Assembly (NCBI GenBank): GCA_902464575.1
Contig: CABQJU010000007.1
Location: 2,945-66,944 of the forward strand
Direction: 5' to 3'
Length of the DNA stretch: 64,000 nucleotides
Origin: an uncultured Collinsella sp.
Lineage (GTDB): Bacteria > Actinomycetota > Coriobacteriia > Coriobacteriales > Coriobacteriaceae
In this document: positions 10,701 to 19,857 of the stretch, piece by piece
Position numbering within the stretch: position 1 is the first letter of the stretch
How the letters are laid out: the number at the start of each line of letters is the position of its first letter
The notes under the pieces: model-generated
What the model was told of the DNA's origin: nothing
Database searches by the model: none
Seen by the model: only the letters and a program-made list of their open reading frames with translations
Position numbers and translations under genes: made by a program

Positions 10701-11338
10701 CGGGACAGGCGGCGGGCGAGACGGCCGCAAGCCTCATCCTCGACGACGTGACCTGCACCTTTGCGCCCGGCACCATGACCTGCATCATGGGGCGCTCGGG
10801 TTCGGGCAAATCGACGCTGCTCAAGCTGCTCATGCGCTTTTGGGACCCCACCGCCGGCGCCATCACGGTAAGCGGCGTCGATGCCCGTCGTATCAACACG
10901 GCGAGCTTGCGCAGCCACGAGGCCTATATGACCCAGGACACGCACCTGTTCTGTGGCACCGTGCGCGAGAACCTGCTCGTCGCGCGTGCCGACGCCACCG
11001 ATGCCAAGCTGCTCGACGCCTGCCAGTCCGCCTCGCTCACCGCGCTCATCGACCGCCTGCCGCAGGGCCTCGACACCCCCGTCGCCGAGCTGGGCGACTC
11101 GCTCTCGGGCGGCGAGCGTCAGCGCATCGGCCTCGCGCGCATCTTCCTCAGCGACGCGCCCTTCATTCTGCTCGACGAGCCCACCAGCGCGCTCGATGCC
11201 CTCAACGAGGCAGCCGTGATGCAGGCGGTCGATGAGCTCAAGCGCCGCGGCAAGACCATCGTGCTGGTGAGCCACCGTGCCAGCACCTGCGCGTTTGCCG
11301 ATCGCTCGCTTTCGGTCGAACACGGGAGGCTCAGCTAA
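7781..11338 (+). CDS. cydDC: Fused CydD-CydC type ABC exporter (thiol reductant exporter family)
   Basis: 1185 aa; two TMD-NBD halves, each with Walker A (GESGGGKST, GRSGSGKST), ABC signature (LSGGQRQR, LSGGERQR) and Walker B; AGGAGG SD before the ATG. Confidence 0.85.
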   Translation: MFEKRLFSLVPQATPYIMASVLFKWIALMANITVMWVLARILGGIVTDGLSAALAVDALAQAALPLAAAIIVRAASIYLAQRAGDKAAFEAVRRVRSFVYDKLTALGPSYTETVPTAEAVQTSVEGATQLQVYFGGYLPQLFFAGLAPITLFVLLVGQAGLPAALLLACVPVIPVSIMMVMRNAKKIGAEYWGSYVDLGGMFLEAVQGLTTLKVYQADRSWHERINAESERFRTATMHLLVMQLRSICVMDLVVYMGAALGIIVAALQLATGKIGFEAAFLIVFLSQEFFLPMRRLGSLFHTAMNGMAASRRMFGILDTPEPERGDVELDGRGDIELAGVSYAYGDRTVLDSASATIAHGSLVALVGESGGGKSTLAGIIAGRKDAYRGSVRIGGVELRDVTAASLMRAVTLVPTNGYLFAGTLRDNLLLAQPNATDTELLRALDRTRVAAFVRANGGLDMVINEGGTNLSGGQRQRVCMARALLHDSPIYVFDEATSNVDAASEAAIGEVIASLAGGHTVIVVAHRLSTIVDADQILVLERGRIAEHGTHGELLAAAGAYARMWNSQKQLSAYAYAEGDAEDAGAVEAVDGSAACADGLNGTSSSSAAAAPDSGRARRSAPSIMWRMMGLVRPLAGWLVLAVALGSIGMLTAAFVPAFGALGLMAALGRNALGLGLIAACAACAACGIARGPLHYGEQLCNHYIAFRLLAHIRDLVFGALRRLAPAKLEGRGKGELVSLVTSDIELLEVFYAHTISPIAIALVCTAVFEGFLLAVSPELAGIALVAYAVLGVLLPLVSAKACGTTGRQSREGVGKLGAFVLDSLRGASETIQFAGGADRSRALGELTEQVGAVDARLKRRQAASEAAADALILVANLVMLGRALQLVAAGTIDFAAAFVAVFTFVSSFGSVMAVSRLGASLQETLASGTRVLDLLDEQPQCAEVTDGQNVEFAGAAAEHVSFSYVGGAGADDAGQAAGETAASLILDDVTCTFAPGTMTCIMGRSGSGKSTLLKLLMRFWDPTAGAITVSGVDARRINTASLRSHEAYMTQDTHLFCGTVRENLLVARADATDAKLLDACQSASLTALIDRLPQGLDTPVAELGDSLSGGERQRIGLARIFLSDAPFILLDEPTSALDALNEAAVMQAVDELKRRGKTIVLVSHRASTCAFADRSLSVEHGRLS

Positions 11339-11760
11339 TGGCGCGCCCGGCCGACACGCCGGAGCTGGCGGGCAAGCGTGCGCGCGAGGCCCAGATGGTG
11401 TCGCAGATGATCGCGCTGTGGTGTCGCGGGCATCATGGCCGCGGGCGTGCGGATGAGCAGGCTGCCAGCGGCGATGCGCACGCGCGCGTGAAGCTTGGAT
11501 TCCGGGCCATCACCCTCTGCCCCGAATGCGCTGAGCTGCGAGAATACGCCGTCGCACGCATTGAACGCTGCCCGTATATGGGCACCAAGACGTTCTGCTC
11601 GGCCTGCCCCTCGCATTGCTACCGGCCCACCATGCGCGAGAAGATCCGCGAGGTCATGCGCTGGTCGGGCCCGCGCATGATCCGCTATCGCCCCATCACC
11701 GCCATACGCCACGCGATGGTGACCGTGCAATCCAAACGGGCGGCGAAGCGGAGGAAGTAG
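11338..11760 (+). CDS. YgbA / nitrous-oxide-stimulated promoter family protein
   Basis: 140 aa, Cys-rich (CPEC ... CPYMGTKTFCSACPSHCY); ATG overlaps the cydDC stop (TAATG), suggesting translational coupling. Confidence 0.65.
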   Translation: MARPADTPELAGKRAREAQMVSQMIALWCRGHHGRGRADEQAASGDAHARVKLGFRAITLCPECAELREYAVARIERCPYMGTKTFCSACPSHCYRPTMREKIREVMRWSGPRMIRYRPITAIRHAMVTVQSKRAAKRRK

Positions 11761-11803
11761 CGCTGGAGCCGGCGCACGCCGGTGCGCCCCTCGTCTTCGT
11801 CTC

Positions 11804-11868
11804 AAACGTGTACATCAGCCTCCAAACATGTCATTTTTTGTCGGTTTTGGAGGCTGATGTACACGTTT
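11804..11868. repeat. 65-bp palindromic element, copy 2
   Basis: Same element as 7504-7568. The stem change g>a (tacAtcagcc) is compensated by c>t (ggctgaTgta), so the 23-bp stem stays perfect. Confidence 0.9.
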
Positions 11869-12006
11869 TGGAGCGGGGCCGATGCCGCGCGACAAACCTC
11901 ATGCGCCGCGCAGCCTTTCCACTCGATTTCGACTCGCAGCGTGCCCGGCGCGTTAGACGCCGCGCCGTTACAATGGAGCGGATTCGCCAACTGCAAAGGA
12001 GCCGCC

Positions 12007-12924
12007 ATGTCCGCATGCCCGCTGGTCGATTGCCATACCCACACCTCGTTTTCGGACGGGCACGCCTCGTTTGAGGAGAACGTTCGTGCGGCTGCGGCTG
12101 CGGCTGCCGGCTGCCAGGTCATGGTCTCGACCGACCACCTCACCCTGCCCGCCAGCATGGATTCCAACTGCGAGGTGCAGGTTGTCGAGGACGACCTGCC
12201 GGCGCATCGCTTGGCTTTTGAGGAGGCCCGCAAGCTCGCTGCGCAGATTGCACCGGAGCTCGAGCTTATCTATGGTTTTGAGTGCGATTGGTATGAAGGC
12301 TGCGAGCCCTTGGTTGAGCGCTGGTCCGATGGCGCCGTGGTGCGCCTGGGCAGCGTACATTGGATCGGCGACCCCGGCGACATCATGGCCGGCGCCGCGG
12401 GCACGCCGGGAACGGAAGACGTCGCTCGCCCCGATACGCCCGATTCACTCTGCGGTTGGATCGACGATGACACCAACCTGCACGTTTGGGAAAACCTGGG
12501 CGTGCGCGGCGTGTGGGAGCGCTACGTCGACGACTGGTGTCGCGCCTGCGAAAGCTCGCTTAACTTTGATGTGATGGCTCATCCCGACCTGGTCATGCGC
12601 TTTTCGAAGGAAGGCTTTGCACCCGATTTTGACCCCGCGCCGTTCTGGGGGCAGATGGCAGAATGCGCACACGACACGAGTCGGCGCGTTGAGGTCTCGA
12701 CTGCCGCGCCGCGCAAGGGGCTTGACGACTACTACCCCGCGACCGGCCTTTTGCGCTGCTTTGCCCATGCCGAAGTGCCGATCACCTTTGGCTCGGACGC
12801 GCACCGCGCCTGCGATATCTGCTGGAACATCCGCGAGGCCCAGGGCCACGCCTACGACTGCGGCTATCGAACCTTCGACATCCCCCACCTCACCGGCGAA
12901 TGGGAGCCCACGCCCCTCGCCTAA
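12007..12924 (+). CDS. PHP-family histidinol-phosphatase (HisK-like)
   Basis: 305 aa from ATG 12007 with AAGGAG SD; PHP motif DCHTHTSFSDGH; convergent with a his operon that otherwise lacks a histidinol-phosphatase. Confidence 0.7.
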   Translation: MSACPLVDCHTHTSFSDGHASFEENVRAAAAAAAGCQVMVSTDHLTLPASMDSNCEVQVVEDDLPAHRLAFEEARKLAAQIAPELELIYGFECDWYEGCEPLVERWSDGAVVRLGSVHWIGDPGDIMAGAAGTPGTEDVARPDTPDSLCGWIDDDTNLHVWENLGVRGVWERYVDDWCRACESSLNFDVMAHPDLVMRFSKEGFAPDFDPAPFWGQMAECAHDTSRRVEVSTAAPRKGLDDYYPATGLLRCFAHAEVPITFGSDAHRACDICWNIREAQGHAYDCGYRTFDIPHLTGEWEPTPLA

Positions 12925-13262
12925 GACTAGTCATTGAGGACACTCTTCACAAATGACCCCTTGGGGACGGAGGAAAACAGGTCGTTTCGCTCACCACCGA
13001 CGCCCGTGCAACACCGCCCGCCAAAAAGAACGCCCGTTTACTACGATGAACCGCAAACCTCCGACCATCGGCTTAATGCGGAAAATAAAACCGCAGGTAG
13101 AAGCGTTGACGATTTGTTCAAAACCGACGTGTGGTCAGCAGATCCAGTTTCATCGTAGTAATTGGGCATGTTATTTGGCAGCGCCGGCAAAGACTGCCCC
13201 AAACGACTAGTCGTTTAAGAACGTCCCCAATGACTACTGTCCCCCTTGCACCAAAAGCTTGA

Positions 13263-13580
13263 CTAGTGGCGGCGAGCGTTGAGTTCGCCGGCCAGTTCGT
13301 CGAGGGTGATGCCGTAGCGCTCAAGCGTCACGAGCAGGTGGTAGACCAGATCGCCGGCTTCGTAGCGGATGTGGTCGTGGTCGTTGTCCTTGCAGGCCAT
13401 GATGACCTCGCTCGCCTCCTCGGCAAGCTTCTTGAGCAGTTCGTCCTCGACGTCGGTCAGCAGACGAGCGGTGTAGCTCTCCTGTGGCGACGCATCGCGA
13501 CGCCCGTGAATCACCTCGGCCAGTCCCGTCAGCGTCTCGCCGATATTTCCCGGCTGCACGTTAGCTGTTCTGACTCCCAT
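13263..13580 (-). CDS. hisE: Phosphoribosyl-ATP pyrophosphohydrolase
   Basis: 105 aa; SYTARLL ... KKLAEEASEVIMA ... EAGDLVYHLLV pattern of HisE. Confidence 0.88.
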   Translation of the reverse strand: MGVRTANVQPGNIGETLTGLAEVIHGRRDASPQESYTARLLTDVEDELLKKLAEEASEVIMACKDNDHDHIRYEAGDLVYHLLVTLERYGITLDELAGELNARRH

Positions 13581-13595
13581 GGTTATTTCCTCTCG

Positions 13596-13823
13596 TTACT
13601 GCAGCGTAAAGTAGGTACCGGTCTCATCGAACCGAGGCTTTGCGCCCTTTTTCTCAAAGAACTCGACGATGACGGCATGGGCCTCATCAAGCCTTTCCTT
13701 CTCGGCCTCGAGCCAAAGCGACTGCGCCCCGCAGGCATCAGTCAGGTGCACGCGGCATGGCACGCCCGCGCGGAGGAGCTCGGTGTTGCAGTCGGCGACC
13801 TCGAACGGCGTCACGACTTTCAT
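13596..13823 (-). CDS. Small hypothetical protein inserted between hisI and hisE
   Basis: 75 aa; GC3-rich codon usage like its neighbours; ATG overlaps the hisI stop (ATGA); three Cys; no family recognised. Confidence 0.55.
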   Translation of the reverse strand: MKVVTPFEVADCNTELLRAGVPCRVHLTDACGAQSLWLEAEKERLDEAHAVIVEFFEKKGAKPRFDETGTYFTLQ

Positions 13824-14161
13824 CGCACTCCCCCTTCCACGCGCTTAAAGAAGCAGGTACGGTTGCCGGTGTGGCAGGCCGGACCCGGCGAGTCGACCTT
13901 GACCAGCAGCGTATCGCTATCGCAGTCGGCCCAGAGCTCCTTGACCGCTTGCATATTGCCGCTCGTCGCGCCCTTGTTCCAGAGCTCCTGGCGGCTACGG
14001 CTCCAAAACCACGTGGTGCCGGTCTTGAGCGTCAACCCCACCGACTCCTCGTTCATCCAGGCAACCATAAGCACCTCGCCGGTGTCATACTGCTGAACAA
14101 CACAAGGAATCAGCCCCTTGGCGTCGTATGTAAGCTTTGAAGGATCGGTTATCTCTTCCAT
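13820..14161 (-). CDS. hisI: Phosphoribosyl-AMP cyclohydrolase
   Basis: [22 protein letters not shown] ... [12 protein letters not shown] ... DCDSDTLL ... GPACHTG motifs; start set at ATG 14161 (the longest ORF reaches 14230). Confidence 0.88.
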   Translation of the reverse strand: MEEITDPSKLTYDAKGLIPCVVQQYDTGEVLMVAWMNEESVGLTLKTGTTWFWSRSRQELWNKGATSGNMQAVKELWADCDSDTLLVKVDSPGPACHTGNRTCFFKRVEGGVR

Positions 14162-14303
14162 TTCTCTTCCCAAATTCAAACTTCGCAGGTCGGCGAGGGT
14201 TGTCCAGGTGCCCGAGATTACGAGCGACAAGCCCGACGACGCGTACTTAAGTACGCGAGGAGGGTTGGAGCCGAAAGGTCGGGTGCCTGGGCAAGCCGCA
14301 GCA

Positions 14304-15086
14304 TTAGAAGTCCAGCCTCACAGGAATGCCTTGGCTGGCCATATACTCTTTGACTTCGCGGATGCTGAAGGTTCCAAAGTGAAAGACGCTAGCCGCCAGC
14401 ACGGCATCGGCCTCGCCCTCGATCACGCCCTCGGCAAAATGCTCGAGCGTGCCCACGCCGCCGCTCGCGATGACGGGAATCGGCACCGCGCGGGCCACGG
14501 CGCGGGTGAGCGCCAGGTCAAAGCCGGCCTTGGTGCCGTCGCGATCCATGCTGGTCAGCAGGATCTCGCCGGCGCCGCGACGAGCCGCCTCCTCGGCCCA
14601 CGCCACCGCATCGATACCCGTGGCGTTGCGGCCGCCCGCCGTGAAGACCTCCCACTTATCGGCGCCCGGCTCCCCGGGCAGCCCCACGCGTTTGGCATCG
14701 ATCGCCACGACCACGGCCTGGCTGCCAAACGCCGCGGCAGCTTGGCTGATCAGCGACGGGTCGCGCACGGCGGCAGAGTTGAGCGATACCTTGTCGGCAC
14801 CGGCAGCCACCATGGTCCGCATGCCCGCCAGGTCGCGAAAGCCGCCGCCCACGGTGTAGGGAATGGCCAGCTCCTCGGCCGCGTGCGCCGCCATCTCGAT
14901 GGTCGTCGCACGGTTGTCGCTCGTCGCGGTAATGTCCAAAAATACGACCTCGTCCGCACCCTCGCGGTCGTAGGCGCGGGCCAGCTCCACCGGGTCGCCC
15001 GCATCGCGCAAGCTCACAAAGTTGACGCCCTTGACCACACGGCCGTCCTTGACGTCCAGGCAGGGAATTACACGCTTGGTAAGCAT
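14304..15086 (-). CDS. hisF: Imidazole glycerol phosphate synthase cyclase subunit
   Basis: 260 aa; [16 protein letters not shown] ... ASGGVG typical HisF. Confidence 0.95.
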   Translation of the reverse strand: MLTKRVIPCLDVKDGRVVKGVNFVSLRDAGDPVELARAYDREGADEVVFLDITATSDNRATTIEMAAHAAEELAIPYTVGGGFRDLAGMRTMVAAGADKVSLNSAAVRDPSLISQAAAAFGSQAVVVAIDAKRVGLPGEPGADKWEVFTAGGRNATGIDAVAWAEEAARRGAGEILLTSMDRDGTKAGFDLALTRAVARAVPIPVIASGGVGTLEHFAEGVIEGEADAVLAASVFHFGTFSIREVKEYMASQGIPVRLDF

Positions 15087-15089
15087 GGT

Positions 15090-15833
15090 CTACTCCTCCC
15101 CTCGGGCGGCGGCCAGCGCCTGTACCAGCATAAAGTTGCCCTCGTAGAGCGCACGACCGGTAATGGCGCCTTCAATCGCGCCCTCGCCCACCGCGGCCAG
15201 CGCGCGGATGTCGTCGAGCGTCGAGATGCCGCCCGAAGCCACGACGGGAAAGCCCGCGACCTGCGCCACATGGCGATACGTCGTCACATCGATGCCCGTC
15301 TGCATGCCATCGCGCGCGATGTCGGTATACACCAGATGCTTAAAGCCTAGCTCGGAAAGCTGCGCCACGGCATCGTCGAGCGCCACGCCCGCGCCGTCGC
15401 GCCAGCCGTTCACCTTAACCTGGCCGTCGCGCGCGGCAATGTCAGCCACCAACAGCTCGCCAAAGCCGCGAGCCGCCACCTCGGCAAAACCCGGCTCGGT
15501 CACCAGCACGGTGCCCAGCGCAATGCGGCGAGCACCATAGCCGGCCAGCTCGTCGATGCGCGCGAGCGAGCGAACGCCGCCGCCCACGTCCACAGACAGA
15601 CCGTCGACGCCGCAGATGGCCTTGATCGCTGCCGAGTTGGCAGCGCACGCGTCCTCGTCCTCGCCAAAGGCAGCGGACAGGTCGACGACGTGCACCCAGC
15701 TCGCGCCCTGCTCGGCAAATGAGCGGGCGACGGCCACGGGGTCGTCGGAATATACCTTGCAGCGGCTGCGGTCGCCGCGCTCCAGGCGCACGACCTTGCC
15801 GCCGATCAGATCGATTGCGGGAAACAGGATCAT
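15090..15833 (-). CDS. hisA: ProFAR isomerase (1-(5-phosphoribosyl)-5-[(5-phosphoribosylamino)methylideneamino]imidazole-4-carboxamide isomerase)
   Basis: 247 aa; ILFPAIDLIGGKVVRL ... VASGGIS typical HisA. Confidence 0.92.
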   Translation of the reverse strand: MILFPAIDLIGGKVVRLERGDRSRCKVYSDDPVAVARSFAEQGASWVHVVDLSAAFGEDEDACAANSAAIKAICGVDGLSVDVGGGVRSLARIDELAGYGARRIALGTVLVTEPGFAEVAARGFGELLVADIAARDGQVKVNGWRDGAGVALDDAVAQLSELGFKHLVYTDIARDGMQTGIDVTTYRHVAQVAGFPVVASGGISTLDDIRALAAVGEGAIEGAITGRALYEGNFMLVQALAAARGEE

Positions 15834-16567
15834 CGGCCAACCCCCTCGACGATGCTGACGAAGTTCTTAAGGATGCGCTGGCCCAGCGCGGAGGATTTCT
15901 CGGGATGGAACTGGCAGCCCCACACGTTGCCATGGCGCACGATGCACGGGAAGCTCCGCGTATAGTGCGCGCGCGCCAGCACATCGGCGGCATCGGCGTC
16001 GTCGGCCACCGCGTAGCTGTGGGTGAAATACATGTTGGCACCCTCGGCAAAACCGGCAAGCAGTGAATCGGCCGCGCCGGCGGGCGTCATGTGCACCTGG
16101 TCCCAGCCCACGTGCGGCACCTTCAGGCGGCTCGACTCCAGGCGCGTGCACGAACCGCGCATAATGCCCAGGCCATCGACCCAGGGACCGCCGACCTGCT
16201 CGGAGGCATCGTCGTCCGCGTCCGCACCCTCGTCCGCCGGCACACCCTCGTCGCCGCGCTCAAAAAACAGCTGAAGGCCCAAGCAGATGCCGAGCAGCGG
16301 AGTTCCGGCGGCAACGGCGTCGAGCACCGCGTCCGCCTCGCCGCTCTGGCGCATAAAGGCGATCGCGTCATAGAACACGCCCACGCCCGGGATGACCAGG
16401 CCGTCGGCGTTACGGATCTGCTCCGGATCGTCCGACGTGCAGGCGGCAGCACCAGCGCGCGCAAGCCCGCGCACGACGCTCGACAAGTTGCCCTTGTGGT
16501 AGTCGACCACCACGATCTTCGGTTCGCCCACGCGACCCTCCCTTTTCCCATCCTCCAAAACCACCAC
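15830..16567 (-). CDS. hisH: Imidazole glycerol phosphate synthase glutaminase subunit
   Basis: 245 aa; class-I glutamine amidotransferase with LGICLGLQ catalytic Cys and HVGW; contains an acidic insertion. Confidence 0.9.
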   Translation of the reverse strand: MVVLEDGKREGRVGEPKIVVVDYHKGNLSSVVRGLARAGAAACTSDDPEQIRNADGLVIPGVGVFYDAIAFMRQSGEADAVLDAVAAGTPLLGICLGLQLFFERGDEGVPADEGADADDDASEQVGGPWVDGLGIMRGSCTRLESSRLKVPHVGWDQVHMTPAGAADSLLAGFAEGANMYFTHSYAVADDADAADVLARAHYTRSFPCIVRHGNVWGCQFHPEKSSALGQRILKNFVSIVEGVGR

Positions 16568-16610
16568 GAAGGTGCCTGTCCCCTTTGTGGTGGTTTGCGC
16601 GATCCGTCAG

Positions 16611-17198
16611 TTACAGCGAGCCCTTGGTGCTGGGGATGCCCTGCACGCGGGGATCGAGCTCGCAGGCGCGGCGCATCGTGCGGCCCACGGCCTTAAAGGC
16701 CGCCTCGATAATGTGATGCGAGTTGCCGCCCGCCAGCTCACGCACGTGCAGCGTGAGCTTGGCGTCGCGCGCAAAGGCATAGAAGAACTCGACGGCCAGC
16801 TCGGTATCAAAGGTGCCCACGCGCTCGGTCGGTACGGGCAGCTCGCAGTAGGCCTGCCCGCGGCCCGAGATATCCACGGCGGCCATCACGAGCGTCTCGT
16901 CCATGGCGATCGCCGCGTCGGCAAAGCGCGTAATACCCGCTTTATCGCCCAGCGCCTGGCAAAACGCCTCGCCCAGCACAATGCCCGTGTCCTCGACGGT
17001 ATGGTGCGCGTCGACTTCCACGTCGCCTACCGCATGTACTGTCAAATCGAACAGACCATGACGACCAAAGGCGTTGAGCATATGGTCGAAAAACGGCACG
17101 CCGGTCGAGATATCGCACACGCCGCTCCCGTCCAGGTCGAGCTTGACGACAATGTCGGTCTCCCCCGTCTTGCGGGTCACCTCGGCATAGCGGCCCAT
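16611..17198 (-). CDS. hisB: Imidazoleglycerol-phosphate dehydratase
   Basis: 195 aa; TGETDI ... DAHHTVEDTGI ... HHIIEA motifs. Confidence 0.94.
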   Translation of the reverse strand: MGRYAEVTRKTGETDIVVKLDLDGSGVCDISTGVPFFDHMLNAFGRHGLFDLTVHAVGDVEVDAHHTVEDTGIVLGEAFCQALGDKAGITRFADAAIAMDETLVMAAVDISGRGQAYCELPVPTERVGTFDTELAVEFFYAFARDAKLTLHVRELAGGNSHHIIEAAFKAVGRTMRRACELDPRVQGIPSTKGSL

Positions 17199-18314
17199 CT
17201 ACATCTCCTCCTTCACCAGTGCGACAAACGCAGCCAGCACCTCGTCGTTTTCCTGCGGGGTACCCACGGTAATGCGCAGACAGTCCGCGAGCCCCGGTGC
17301 ATAGCTAAAGTCGCGCACCAAAATCGAATACTCGTCGCGCAGGCGCTCGCGCACGCGCGTGGCATGCGGCGTGCGCACGAGCACAAAGTTCGCCGCGCTC
17401 GGCCATGCCTCCACGGGCATGCCCTCGGCAGCCATCGCGCGCAGGGCGCACAGCTCGCGCTCGCGCTCGGATGCAACCTGTGCCACCACGGGCGCATACG
17501 CATCGCGAGCGCGCACGCAGGCGAGCGCGGCGGCCTGGCTCAGCACATTGACCGAATAGATCTGGCGAATCGCAGCGAACACATCGATGACCTCGGGCGC
17601 GGCGATCACATAGCCCAGACGCGTGCCGGCGGCGCCAAACGCCTTGGACAGCGTATGCAGAATCACCAGGTTGGGATGCTCGGCGATAAGTCCCTGCGCC
17701 GTGGTGGCCGCGCCAAACGAATCGTCGGCAAACTCAACGTAGGCCTCGTCGACCATCACCATGCCGGGGCACGCATCGCACAAGGCCGCGACAAAGTCGA
17801 GCGGTGCCACGTCACCCGTGGGATTGTTAGGCGAGGTCACGATCGCCAGGTTGCACTCGGGCGCGGCCGCGAACATAGCCGCCTGGTCGAGCTCAAAGGT
17901 CGCCGGGTCGCGCCACACATCGCGCACTTCAGTCTGGCAGAGCGACGCAAAGAACGCATACTCGCTAAAGCACGGCGGGCAGTTGAGCAGGGTCCGCCCC
18001 GCGCCGCCAAACGCCAGCAGGTAGTTATAGAGCAGCTCGTCACCGCCGTTACCCACGCAGACGTTCTCGCGCGCTACACCATGCCAAGCGGCCAGCTCGT
18101 CGCGCAGGTCACAGGACATGGGATCGGGGTAGCGGTTGAGCGGTGTGGCAGTCAGGGCTGCATCGATTGCCTCGCGCACGCCAGCCGGCACGGGATAGGT
18201 GTTCTCGTTGGCCGAAAGGTTGATGCGCGTGGGCGTAAAGTTGGAATCATAGGGCTCAATGCCGGCCAAGTAGGGCTGGACGAGCTCCTTCATGCGGGGA
18301 GTGAGTTCGGCCAT
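17199..18314 (-). CDS. hisC: Histidinol-phosphate aminotransferase
   Basis: 371 aa from ATG 18314, 1 nt after the hisD stop; class-II aminotransferase with TLSKAFG PLP-Lys motif. Confidence 0.9.
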   Translation of the reverse strand: MAELTPRMKELVQPYLAGIEPYDSNFTPTRINLSANENTYPVPAGVREAIDAALTATPLNRYPDPMSCDLRDELAAWHGVARENVCVGNGGDELLYNYLLAFGGAGRTLLNCPPCFSEYAFFASLCQTEVRDVWRDPATFELDQAAMFAAAPECNLAIVTSPNNPTGDVAPLDFVAALCDACPGMVMVDEAYVEFADDSFGAATTAQGLIAEHPNLVILHTLSKAFGAAGTRLGYVIAAPEVIDVFAAIRQIYSVNVLSQAAALACVRARDAYAPVVAQVASERERELCALRAMAAEGMPVEAWPSAANFVLVRTPHATRVRERLRDEYSILVRDFSYAPGLADCLRITVGTPQENDEVLAAFVALVKEEM

Positions 18315-18315
18315 T

Positions 18316-19752
18316 TTAGGCCTCATCGCCAGTCGGGCCAACGCCATCCGCGCTTGCAGCCGCCAGGTCAACACCCTCGGCGACCGTCGCCACGGCGTCG
18401 CCCGGCCAGGCGACCTTGGTCAGATCGGCCGCGGCCAGCGATGCGGCACTCACGGCATCCTCGCCCTGCTCCAGCACGCGGCGACGCAGCGCGGCGGATA
18501 GCGCGTGCGCCCACAGTCCCTCGGCCTCGGCCAGGCGCTGCGTAGCGGGAGCGTCGGAGAGCAGGCCCTCGGGTGTATAGCAAATGACGCTCGAGCGCTT
18601 GACGAACTCTTCGACCGAAAGCGGGTTGGAGAACATGGCCGTACCGCCGGTCGGCAGCGTGTGGTTGGGGCCGGCAACGTAATCGCCAAGCGGCTCGGAG
18701 CTCCAAGCGCCCACAAAGATGGCGCCGGCGTTGCGAATGCCGCCAAGCAGGCCCATCGCATCCTTGCAGTGCAGCTCCAGGTGCTCGGGCGCCACGGTGT
18801 TCACCGCCTCGACGGCGGCAGCCATGTCGGCGGCCACCACGATGGCGCCCTCGTTATCGAGCGAGGCGCGCGTAATCTCGGCACGCGGGGACTGCGCTAC
18901 CAGAATGTCGATGCCGGCCTCGACCTCGCGCGCAAACTGCTCGTCGCAGGTCACCAGATAGCAGGCTGCCAGCGGGTCGTGCTCGGCCTGCGCCATCAGG
19001 TCGGCCGCGACCACCATGGGCTTGGCCGTGGCATCGGCCAGCACACAGACCTCGGAGGGGCCAGCGACCATGTCGATACCCACGTCGCCCGAGACAATCT
19101 GCTTGGCCGCAGCGACAAAGGCGTTGCCCGGGCCGGTGATCTTGTCGACGCGCGGAATGGTCTCGGTGCCGTACGCCAGCGCGGCCACGGCCTGAGCGCC
19201 GCCCACCATATAGATCTCGTCCACGCCGCCGAGCTTGGCAGCCGCGAGCGTATAGGGGCTGATCAGACCATCCTTTTGCGGCGGCGTCACCATGACCACG
19301 CGCTTGACGCCGGCGACCTTGGCGGGAATGGCGTTCATGAGCACCGTGGAGGGATACTGCGCACGACCGCCCGGCACATAGATGCCGGCCGCAGCGAGCG
19401 GGGTCACCTTAACGCCGAGCATCGTGCCGTCCGCACGCGTGGTAAACCAGCTCTGCTCGACCTCGCGCTGGTGGAACTCGCGAATCTGACGTGCGGCCTT
19501 CTCGAGCGCGGCGACAAAAGCCGGGTCCAGGCCCTCGAGCGCGGCATCGATCTGCTCTTGCGGCAAGCGGAAACTCTGCAGCTCAACGCCATCAAAACGC
19601 TGGCAATAATCGCGCACCGCGGCATCGCCGTTGGCGCGCACGTTGGCCACGATATCGCGGGCGGCGTCGACGATGTTTTGCGGCAGCACGCCCTTGCGGT
19701 TGAGTTGGTTGGTAACGAGGCGCTCACCGGGAGCAAGCTTGATGGTCTTCAT
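18316..19752 (-). CDS. hisD: Histidinol dehydrogenase (with about 45-aa Ala-rich C-terminal extension)
   Basis: 478 aa; [41 protein letters not shown] motifs. Confidence 0.94.
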   Translation of the reverse strand: MKTIKLAPGERLVTNQLNRKGVLPQNIVDAARDIVANVRANGDAAVRDYCQRFDGVELQSFRLPQEQIDAALEGLDPAFVAALEKAARQIREFHQREVEQSWFTTRADGTMLGVKVTPLAAAGIYVPGGRAQYPSTVLMNAIPAKVAGVKRVVMVTPPQKDGLISPYTLAAAKLGGVDEIYMVGGAQAVAALAYGTETIPRVDKITGPGNAFVAAAKQIVSGDVGIDMVAGPSEVCVLADATAKPMVVAADLMAQAEHDPLAACYLVTCDEQFAREVEAGIDILVAQSPRAEITRASLDNEGAIVVAADMAAAVEAVNTVAPEHLELHCKDAMGLLGGIRNAGAIFVGAWSSEPLGDYVAGPNHTLPTGGTAMFSNPLSVEEFVKRSSVICYTPEGLLSDAPATQRLAEAEGLWAHALSAALRRRVLEQGEDAVSAASLAAADLTKVAWPGDAVATVAEGVDLAAASADGVGPTGDEA

Positions 19753-19857
19753 ATCGGTATCCCCTATCGGTCGAGGTTGTGTTCGAAAAACGAAAGGCCG
19801 GGCGGCGGCGCCAGTCGACCCGCAACCCGGACGTTGGGGCGCCCGTACGTGCTCGCG

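Noticed and set aside
16572-18545. Very long antisense ORFs (657 aa here; also 18505-20484, 45532-47877, 60278-63499, 9701-11323, 41781-42296 and others)
   Set aside because: These are typical high-GC shadow ORFs opposite well-supported genes (hisB/C/D, hisZG, glgP, cstA, cydDC). Their composition is Arg/Gly/Ala/His-biased and shows no motifs.
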